Shown here: piece by piece, positions 7,587-14,328 of the stretch
Layout: every line of letters begins with the position of its first letter
How positions within the stretch are numbered: the stretch's first letter is position 1
DNA from: Candidatus Thorarchaeota archaeon
GTDB lineage: Archaea; Asgardarchaeota; Thorarchaeia; Thorarchaeales; Thorarchaeaceae
Length of the DNA: 24,000 nt
Reading direction: 5' to 3'
Assembly (NCBI GenBank): GCA_004524445.1
Contig: SDNP01000003.1
Location: 25,117 to 49,116 of the forward strand
The notes under the pieces: generated by a model
What the model was told of the DNA's origin: nothing
Database searches by the model: none
What the model saw: the letters and a program-made list of their open reading frames with translations, nothing else
Program-made: the position numbers and the translations under genes

Positions 7587-8810
7587 ATGACCGACACGAA
7601 TGGAACTAGGCTCGATAAAGGCTTAAGAGAATTGCTCGACAGAGCTATCGATCTAGATCAGAGGGGGCTGAAGAAGGAAGCATGCCAAAAATACCTGAAG
7701 GCCAGCAAAATTTTGATTAAACTCTCAAATGCAACAAGTCTCCCCTCCGTCCGTAAGCATTACCTCAAACGAGCGCAGGAGTGTGTAGATAGAGTTCGTT
7801 ATCTATCCGGCATTAGGAAGAAGACTCGAGGACCAGAATTCGGCCTCACAAGGCCAGTCACACCAATCCATGATGATAGCCAAAAAGGTGAAATGCCAGT
7901 TACCAGTCCAACTGAAGAGCAAGACGAAGATGAGATACGACTCAATGAGATGGTTTCTGATACAATTCTTTCCGAGCGCCCTGATGTCAAGATGTCAGAA
8001 GTTGCAGGACTAAGCGATGCAAAGCAAGCAATCCATGATGCCATTATATCACCCATGAAACACCCGGAGTTCTTCAAAGGTAAGGCTAGGCAGCCTTGGA
8101 AGGGAATTCTGCTCTATGGACCTGCTGGATGTGGGAAGACACTAATCGCCAAAGCGGTTGCAAACGAAGTAAAAGCCACCTTTTTCAATGTATCAGCAGC
8201 GAATATAGTGAGTAAATGGCTAGGCGAGTCTGAGCGATTGGTTAAACACCTCTTCGATTCTGCGCGTAACAACCAACCATCAGTCATATTCATAGATGAG
8301 CTTGATTCTATAGGGGTTTCAAGACGGGGAGAAGATGTTGGAGGGGAACGAAGACTCAAGACACAATTGCTAACGGAGCTTCAAGGCCTAACAAGCAAGA
8401 GTGGCGAAAGAGTCACACTCATTGGGGCAACAAATCTTCCGTGGGACATCGATTTCGCCTTACGGTCCAGGTTTGAAAAGAGAATTAATGTTCCACTCCC
8501 CGATAAAGCCGCAAGGGTCAGAATTTTCAAAATACATATTGATGACATTGAAGTCGCGCCGGATGTAGACTTCAATGAGCTTGCTGACTTGACAGAGGGA
8601 TACAGCGGGAGGGATATCAGCGTGGTATGCAGAGAAGCCGCAATGGAACCTATCAGAGAATTGCAGAGCGATATTTCTCCATCGGAAAAAGCTTCGTTCA
8701 GATTGAGGCCTGTATCAAGATTGGATTTCCTTAATGCGATTGATAATATTCGCCCCGCAACATCCCCTGAAGACATTCGCAGATACAAAGAGTGGGCGGA
8801 GGGTTCATAG
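7587..8810 (+). CDS. vps4: Vps4-like AAA+ ATPase with an N-terminal MIT domain
   Basis: The N-terminus is a three-helix MIT-like region (AIDLDQRGLKKEACQKYLKASKILIKL...YLKRAQECVDRVRYL). An acidic linker follows. Walker A is GPAGCGKT and Walker B is VIFIDELD. The second region of homology reads TLIGATNLPWDIDFALRSRF. The C-terminal helix is DIRRYKEWAEG. GGGGT lies 4 nt upstream of the ATG. Confidence 0.92.
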   Translation: MTDTNGTRLDKGLRELLDRAIDLDQRGLKKEACQKYLKASKILIKLSNATSLPSVRKHYLKRAQECVDRVRYLSGIRKKTRGPEFGLTRPVTPIHDDSQKGEMPVTSPTEEQDEDEIRLNEMVSDTILSERPDVKMSEVAGLSDAKQAIHDAIISPMKHPEFFKGKARQPWKGILLYGPAGCGKTLIAKAVANEVKATFFNVSAANIVSKWLGESERLVKHLFDSARNNQPSVIFIDELDSIGVSRRGEDVGGERRLKTQLLTELQGLTSKSGERVTLIGATNLPWDIDFALRSRFEKRINVPLPDKAARVRIFKIHIDDIEVAPDVDFNELADLTEGYSGRDISVVCREAAMEPIRELQSDISPSEKASFRLRPVSRLDFLNAIDNIRPATSPEDIRRYKEWAEGS

Positions 8811-8813
8811 TTC

Positions 8814-9530
8814 GTGGGAGTTAGAGAGCGCAAGAAGGAGAAAAAGGAAAGCAAAGAAGAAGCTCGTTCAGAAGAAAAATCAGCTGAATCAAAAACCGAT
8901 GAAATAACAGAGCAAGAAGTCCAACCGCTTGAAGGACCCAGTACTACACAGAAAGAAGACAAAACGACGACTGAACCTGAATCACGCACTCAGGTCGTTG
9001 AAGAAACACCTGCCGAACGAGAGATGCTGTTGCCAACATGGGGCAGTGTAAATGAGTATGAATTGATGTACCATATACCTACTGGAGAAGACGACCGAGA
9101 TCTCTGGGCAGATGAATGGGGAGATTTCCTCTTGGAGTGGGCACAAAAGAACACGGCACATAAAATATCACTAGTAACTTTCATCACTGAACAACCATTC
9201 TCCGATATATTTGGAAAAGTGAAGGCATTCCGTCTGATAGCAGAAAAACTGGTTGACAAAGATGTGGCTGAATGGGTTGGAAGGAACAAGGGGCAGCTTC
9301 GGATTTACTGGAGACCCATAGAAGATTGGGCAGATATCATCTATGCATGGTCTATTGAAACAGGTAAGACTAGGTTGGATGTGAAGACACTAGTAATCCA
9401 AGAAAGCAGCCAGGATTTTGCAAGTCTGCCTGAAGATGAACTCAAAACCATCCTGGGCATTCTGGTGGAACAAGAACTCGCTGAATGGGTAGACAAGAAA
9501 CGAGCGGCAATAAGAATTCGTATTTCTTAG
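8814..9530 (+). CDS. ESCRT-II Vps25-like protein with an N-terminal Lys/Glu-rich disordered extension
   Basis: The C-terminal ~165 aa look like tandem winged helices. The Vps25-like opening is DLWADEWGDFLLEWAQKNTAHKISLVTFITEQPFSDIF, and the second winged helix ends LAEWVDKKRAAIRI. The GTG start at 8814 is preceded by GGAGGG (8798-8803) and lies 3 nt after the Vps4 stop. The alternative start, ATG 9024, would remove the charged extension. Confidence 0.7.
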   Translation: MGVRERKKEKKESKEEARSEEKSAESKTDEITEQEVQPLEGPSTTQKEDKTTTEPESRTQVVEETPAEREMLLPTWGSVNEYELMYHIPTGEDDRDLWADEWGDFLLEWAQKNTAHKISLVTFITEQPFSDIFGKVKAFRLIAEKLVDKDVAEWVGRNKGQLRIYWRPIEDWADIIYAWSIETGKTRLDVKTLVIQESSQDFASLPEDELKTILGILVEQELAEWVDKKRAAIRIRIS

Positions 9531-9544
9531 GCATAAAGACGGGA

Positions 9545-10348
9545 TTATAAACCATGAGCCGGGCGAGATTCTCGATTGTTTCTACGTCTATCTAATATTT
9601 CATGATGGTCCTCTTTGTCCGATGCCTTGTGATGTAACCCGGGGAAGTAGTATCTACCGCCGGTACTAAAGCGAATATCAGCGACCGCCATTCCGGCATC
9701 AACCAAACTCGATAATACTTGACGGGCGTGATCTTCAGACCACTTGAGTTCCATCATTACCTCTTCAACGGAGGTATAGCCCTTCGTGGCTGCAAGATTG
9801 ACCACATCAGATTGATCGCCACGTAATTCCAATGGACGAAGCTCGACAACTTTGACGCCTCCCCGAAGTGTTCGTATTCCCGGAATCAATCCGTTTTCTG
9901 CAACCCTATTGACAGCCTCTATCACATCATTATAGCTAACCGACTTAAACTGCGGCACACGATTAACAACCTCAACAATCAGGTCTGCAAGACCCATCAA
10001 TCCTTTTGCCGAGTGTGTCGTGGCAACGTCGAGAACCGCCAATCCAAGATGGTCATAATATTCATCCATTGTGTATCCATCTAAGACGGGTCTGGCCCTG
10101 TTTTGGTAAAATTCGATTAATCCAGCTGCGTCTGGAAATTCATCTAAGATTCTTTGCTGTGCCATGAAGCCACCAACATCAATACCCATGCGCCTCATCT
10201 CATCCAAATGCCCTTTCACTTCGCTGACTAACGCATCGGACTCCCGCTGGAATGACCTGATATCAACCGCGCCAAGGTCGTACATCTTCTTGAGTTGATC
10301 TAAGGTAGCTATTGAAGCGTAAAGCTCCTGATGAATATGGTCATGCAT
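9545..10348 (-). CDS. ESCRT-II EAP30-domain protein (Vps22/Vps36-like)
   Basis: EAP30-type patterns include KGLMGLADLIVEVVNRVPQFKSVSYNDVIEAVNRVAENGLIPGIRTLRGGVKVVEL. The second winged helix is ARQVLSSLVDAGMAVADIRFSTGGRYYFPGL, comparable to the eukaryotic ...W.D....E..YWFP.L ending. The gene is adjacent to the Vps25-like gene. Confidence 0.75.
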   Translation of the reverse strand: MHDHIHQELYASIATLDQLKKMYDLGAVDIRSFQRESDALVSEVKGHLDEMRRMGIDVGGFMAQQRILDEFPDAAGLIEFYQNRARPVLDGYTMDEYYDHLGLAVLDVATTHSAKGLMGLADLIVEVVNRVPQFKSVSYNDVIEAVNRVAENGLIPGIRTLRGGVKVVELRPLELRGDQSDVVNLAATKGYTSVEEVMMELKWSEDHARQVLSSLVDAGMAVADIRFSTGGRYYFPGLHHKASDKEDHHEILDRRRNNRESRPAHGL

Positions 10349-10377
10349 CGCCAGATATCCCTTCAGACTGATTTCTT

Positions 10378-10429
10378 GTCTAGTCTAGACTGCTAAACGA
10401 ATTTCGTTGCGTGCTCTCTTAAAAGAGAG
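10378..10429. repeat. Cluster of three short palindromes/hairpins between aspS and the Vps22/36-like gene
   Basis: The first is GTCTAG-T-CTAGAC (10378-10390). The second is AACGAA-T-TTCGTT (10396-10408). The third is CTCTCT-TAAA-AGAGAG (10414-10429). All are perfect 6-bp arms. They lie 30-80 nt upstream of the Vps22/36-like ATG and downstream of the aspS stop on the minus strand. Confidence 0.5.
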
Positions 10430-10534
10430 TATTATTGGGTTCAGGTCCATATTAGCAACATATTCGATTTGAAATATGCCTCTGAGACCAATTTCCAAAA
10501 CCAGAAGCTGAATCGTATTGTATTGGCACGTACA

Positions 10535-11896
10535 TCAAGGTGTGATCCTGTCACGGTCTCTAGGCAGCAGACTAGCCTCTCGGATGTTCTCTATACCAAG
10601 CAACTGCATGGTCAAGCGCTCCACTCCTAGGCCAAGACCGCCATGGGGGGGAGCACCATATTTGAATGGGTCGAGATAGAAAACAAATCGGTCAGGATCA
10701 AAGCCCTTAGCTTTGAATCTCTCAACAAGTAAATCGTAGAGATGGATTCTCTGTCCGCCCGTGGTGATTTCCATTCCCTTGTACGTTAGGTCAAAGCTTT
10801 CGGTCATACCTCCGTCAGACATACTTGGCATTGTGTACGCAGGGCGAAGTTCCATAGGATAATGAGTTATGAATACCATGTCGGCACCGAATTTCTCAGG
10901 AAATATATCTGCAAGCATTCGTTCCGATTCTGGGTCTAGGTCATCTTCCAAGGTAATCTCTTTTCCAGCATCTTGTAATAAGCTGATAACTTCTGCATAT
11001 TTGATTCTCTTGAAGGGTAGTCTAGGAACATTCAGATCAACCCCCAGAAGTTCCAGCTCCCGACTCGCCTCTTGCTTCGTCTTACTAAACGCATGATGGA
11101 GCATCTGCTCTTCCATTTTCATCACATCTTCAACTCCACCAATCCATGCCATCTCAAAATCGAAGGAAGTGTACTCATTCATGTGTCGTGGAGTGTTGTG
11201 TTTTTCAGCTCTGAATACAGGTGCAATCTCAAAGACTCTTCCAAACCCGGCCAAGAGCATAAGTTGCTTGTAGAATTGAGGACTCTGGGCTAGATAGGCT
11301 GGCTTTTCAAAATACTTTATTTCAAAGAGGTTTGCTCCACCCTCTGTTGCTGCTGAAACAATTTTGGGAGTATGTATCTCAGTGAATTCATTCTGTTCAA
11401 GAAACTCACGTGCGAATCTGACCAGCGAGTGCTGAATCCGAAATATGGCATTCACTCTTGGTTTTCGGAGGTCTAGGATCCTGTAGTTCAGTCTCGTGTC
11501 CAGGTCTATGTCGACTTTTCCTTCAACTATATCGATAGGAATCGTTTCTGACCAGTTTAATACGCGGATTTCGGATGGAACAACTTCAGCACCCGACGGA
11601 AGAAAATCTGTCGCAACAACTTCTCCTTTAACGAGCACAGCCGTTTCAGGCTTCAGGTTCTCTGAGATTTCAAAGACTTCTTCAGGTACCCTCTTTTTCG
11701 GGATGGTGATCTGAGTTGTTCCTCGCTCATCACGGAGAATGAGGAATTTTATCTTCCCCTTATCTCTGAGGATATGCACCCAACCAACCAAAGTAACCTG
11801 TTCGCCAATAAGATCCTTTCCTATTTCATACGAATAGTGGTTTCTTCGATCCTTACCTATGGGGCTTACATCTGCCTGTTTGTAATAATCCACCAT
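10535..11896 (-). CDS. aspS: Aspartyl-tRNA synthetase, archaeal/eukaryotic type (class IIb)
   Basis: The N-terminal OB-fold anticodon-binding region reads VTLVGWVHILRDKGKIKFLILRDERG. Motif 2 is FRAEKHNTPRHMNEYTSFDFEMAW. Motif 3 is GGLGLGVERLTM. GAGGA lies 6 nt upstream of the ATG. Confidence 0.92.
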   Translation of the reverse strand: MVDYYKQADVSPIGKDRRNHYSYEIGKDLIGEQVTLVGWVHILRDKGKIKFLILRDERGTTQITIPKKRVPEEVFEISENLKPETAVLVKGEVVATDFLPSGAEVVPSEIRVLNWSETIPIDIVEGKVDIDLDTRLNYRILDLRKPRVNAIFRIQHSLVRFAREFLEQNEFTEIHTPKIVSAATEGGANLFEIKYFEKPAYLAQSPQFYKQLMLLAGFGRVFEIAPVFRAEKHNTPRHMNEYTSFDFEMAWIGGVEDVMKMEEQMLHHAFSKTKQEASRELELLGVDLNVPRLPFKRIKYAEVISLLQDAGKEITLEDDLDPESERMLADIFPEKFGADMVFITHYPMELRPAYTMPSMSDGGMTESFDLTYKGMEITTGGQRIHLYDLLVERFKAKGFDPDRFVFYLDPFKYGAPPHGGLGLGVERLTMQLLGIENIREASLLPRDRDRITP

Positions 11897-12026
11897 TGAA
11901 ACGTCCTCGAACAGCTGTTATTTCAAAGCCAGAGGGCTTGGTTATGAGGCTTTTGGAGAGTCCTAGTTGCCACTATTCATATGGGTATTCGGTTGCTATA
12001 TCCTTAGAGTTCGGCCTTTGATAAGA

Positions 12027-12212
12027 TTACATTGGGGCAGCAGCTAGCACATAGATCCGTTCGCGAGCATCCGTATCATGTTCCTCTTCTTCCAGCAGAT
12101 TCAGCTCTTTCAAACGACTGATGGCATAATTAACAGTTCGTGGAGGAAGAAATGTTCTGGTAATCAGCTGCTGTCTAGAAAGGCGTCGATTACGCTTTAG
12201 AAGAACGTACAA
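12027..12212 (-). CDS. Small winged-helix-turn-helix DNA-binding protein (start problematic; frame open up to 12269)
   Basis: The wHTH pattern is PPSAKFLYVLLKRNRRLSRQQLITRTFLPPRTVNYAISRLKELNLLE. The only canonical start codon in frame is TTG 12212, which would cut helix 1. The frame stays open to 12269 with no ATG/GTG/TTG. An ATG at 12285 has a GGAGGT Shine-Dalgarno motif 9 nt upstream but is 1 nt out of frame. Confidence 0.55.
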   Translation of the reverse strand: MYVLLKRNRRLSRQQLITRTFLPPRTVNYAISRLKELNLLEEEEHDTDARERIYVLAAAPM

Positions 12213-12367
12213 GAATTTCGCAGACGGAGGTAATGCTAAGAATGAGCGCTTGGCAAACGCGATCCCACCTTAGATTTGATGCCATAAATATTGTACCTCC
12301 ATTTTATTGAGTATGATTGGATTAATTGATTAGCAGATAAGCCTTGGCCTTGGAGTAAGGAGAATTT

Positions 12368-13717
12368 TCATTCAGGCTTACGAAGTATTAATACCCATTC
12401 TCCGTCCATTCTTTCTGGTCTGGGAATTTTGATAAAATGTCGAATCAGCAGAGAGAAGAACTTCTTCTCCAACTGGAACCCGATTTCTTCTGATGTAGCT
12501 ATCTCAGAGAGAATCTCATGAGAATGCACCTCGTGTCCTCTAATTGTGTTATTTCCGATGACAATACAATACCTTCCACCCGGTTTGAGAACCCTCACCG
12601 TTTCAGATAGCTGGACGCTCATATCTTCAAAGAATTTGTAGACGATAAAGGAGCGTCGAGGATCTACTTCATGGATGGAATGAAGCAGTGGATCTAAGGA
12701 TTTGTATCCTGAGATTCTTAGGTCCTTGTACTCACTCTTGTAAACAGTCTCTGTACCTATGTATTTCCTCTTTCTCTCCGATAATGGGGAATTATCTAGC
12801 ATGTTCAACCAATACATCTCAAGTTGATGGGTTCTTGTGTAATCGACTGCGTTGATATACGGAGGAGAAGTAATAGCCAAATCGATAAAATCTGCAGCCA
12901 GAGGAATATGAGTTGCGGTTGCCATTGGGAGATGTGTACGAGAAACATCGTTAGTTTGACAATAATCAAGAAGTTCTAACATTGCTTCTTTCTGCTGACA
13001 TAGGGATTCTAAGAACAACTCAATGGTTGCTCCGGGCTGTATTCGACGAATCTGTTTCTTGCGGATAACGGTTCTTGTACAGTGGGGGTCTGCATTGGAT
13101 ACGTCTCTCACGATGGACGAGAAGACGATCCGGAGGAAATCCCTCATTTCAGGACTATAGTTTGGTGCATCTTCACATGTTTCATTGATACATTCCAGTA
13201 TTATCCCAAGTTCGAAGAGGACGAAATCGCGAAACCACTTATCGCGATAATGAAACGAAGGAATTGCAGGTGAGTATGAGTGTTTTCGAATCTTCTGACG
13301 GATGCCATCTCTCAACTGAGGAATAATTCGCTTAAGTTCATTCGATGGCAACGGATTTGTCTTTACCTTTGTTATGAGGCGTGCAATAGGGTCAATATCT
13401 AGCCCAATCCCTACCCTATTTGCCAGCATTGCTTCTAATGGAACAGTGCCACTGCCGCACATGGGATCCAGAACAGTCATACCCTCGTCCGAGTATTTTC
13501 GAATTAGATACCGAGGAAGCTCGGGAAAGAACTTTGCAGGAAATTTATGAATACCGTGAGAAAGAAATGACTGGTCTTTGCTTATAATCAGAATTGACCG
13601 GTTATTCGGAATGGTAACATCAGGATTGATGTTCCCATCAAACTCAAGAATTTCTGTTTTTGCGACCGAATCATCTTGAAATGTGTGATTAGCAGAACTG
13701 TTCATTTTGAAGGGCAC
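12368..13717 (-). CDS. DNA methyltransferase (N4-cytosine or N6-adenine; N6_N4-type motifs in the order I then IV)
   Basis: The AdoMet-binding region is HKFPAKFFPELPRYLIRKYSDEGMTVLDPMCGSGTVPLEA at residues ~57-96. Catalytic motif IV is DLAITSPPYINAVDY at residues ~279-293. It is followed by RVLKPGGRYCIVIGN. Translation starts at GTG 13717 or ATG 13705. Confidence 0.8.
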   Translation of the reverse strand: MPFKMNSSANHTFQDDSVAKTEILEFDGNINPDVTIPNNRSILIISKDQSFLSHGIHKFPAKFFPELPRYLIRKYSDEGMTVLDPMCGSGTVPLEAMLANRVGIGLDIDPIARLITKVKTNPLPSNELKRIIPQLRDGIRQKIRKHSYSPAIPSFHYRDKWFRDFVLFELGIILECINETCEDAPNYSPEMRDFLRIVFSSIVRDVSNADPHCTRTVIRKKQIRRIQPGATIELFLESLCQQKEAMLELLDYCQTNDVSRTHLPMATATHIPLAADFIDLAITSPPYINAVDYTRTHQLEMYWLNMLDNSPLSERKRKYIGTETVYKSEYKDLRISGYKSLDPLLHSIHEVDPRRSFIVYKFFEDMSVQLSETVRVLKPGGRYCIVIGNNTIRGHEVHSHEILSEIATSEEIGFQLEKKFFSLLIRHFIKIPRPERMDGEWVLILRKPE

Positions 13718-13941
13718 TACCTCATCTTTTAGCTGGAGGACAACATCGTCTCTCGGTCATCTTCCAACTACATGATACTTATTGATAAAACGGTCTGTTC
13801 TCTAGATAAGCATCTGAAAAATGCAAATGGTTATCAAGAAGGGGAACGAAAAACCATATGAAATAGGTGTGGTTAGTGGTTGAACAGAGTCTTTGTCAAC
13901 CCCTATTTAGCCGCATTAATTGATTTGTAGGTGAATATAAA

Positions 13942-14277
13942 ATGGCCAAAAGCAGCATGACAAAATTAGGAGAACTTCTAATACTCATTGGAGGCATTGT
14001 AGGCCTCATATATGGAATAGCAGCTGTGCTCTCATTTCCGCTCTTCGATCCCATTGGCTTGGGATTAGCAGGAACATTGGGTAACATTATTGGTGGGATA
14101 ATACTGATAGTTGTTTCACTTGTAACGTTGGCTACGAGCGGAGTTATTGATATACCTGCCCTGAAATTGGATAAGAGCTGGATAGTACTTCTGGTCCTAG
14201 GAATTCTGATCTACATCTTTGGTTCTAGCTTAGGTGGAATTCTAGTAATCATTGGAGCTATTCTATTAGCTCTATAG
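13942..14277 (+). CDS. Small integral membrane protein (3-4 predicted TM helices), paralog of 15777..16133
   Basis: The protein is hydrophobic and Gly/Ile/Leu-rich. An AGGTGA Shine-Dalgarno motif lies 7 nt upstream of the ATG. The C-terminal half (ATSGVIDIPALKLDKSWIVLLVLGILIYIFGSSLGGILVIIGAILLAL) aligns with AISSSLIELPISKSQEWIPLLLIGLLMYFLGGTLGGLLVIMGSLLKLI in the 118-aa protein. Confidence 0.7.
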   Translation: MAKSSMTKLGELLILIGGIVGLIYGIAAVLSFPLFDPIGLGLAGTLGNIIGGIILIVVSLVTLATSGVIDIPALKLDKSWIVLLVLGILIYIFGSSLGGILVIIGAILLAL

Positions 14278-14286
14278 AATTGGTAT

Positions 14287-14325
14287 GCCCTTGCACCCAA
14301 TCAGTGCAAGGGCTTGAATTTTTTT
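14287..14325 (+). terminator. Hairpin plus T7 tract (intrinsic-terminator-like) between convergent genes
   Basis: GCCCTTGCAC (14287-14296) pairs perfectly with GTGCAAGGGC (14304-14313), giving a 10 bp stem with a 7-nt loop. The stem is followed by TTGAATTTTTTT, with the T7 run at 14319-14325. It begins 10 nt after the stop of the membrane-protein gene. Confidence 0.6.
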
Positions 14326-14328
14326 GAT

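Noticed and set aside
8381-8989. A 202-aa antisense ORF across the vps4/vps25 junction. Similar antisense ORFs lie at 2840..3364, 3826..4333, 6764..7117 and 20464..20964.
   Set aside because: These ORFs are Ser/Leu-rich and low-complexity, and lie opposite well-supported genes rich in GAA/GAG/AAG codons. That is the typical appearance of shadow ORFs, and no motifs were recognised.
12027-13717. Interpreting the methyltransferase plus small wHTH gene as a complete restriction-modification system with a controller protein.
   Set aside because: There is no endonuclease-sized ORF on either side. The flanks are aspS and a divergent membrane-protein gene. The C-protein idea is unsupported without a restriction enzyme.
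11897-13941. Interpreting the wHTH/methyltransferase segment as an integrated mobile island.
   Set aside because: I could not identify an integrase, transposase, tRNA target, flanking direct repeats or an obvious compositional break.
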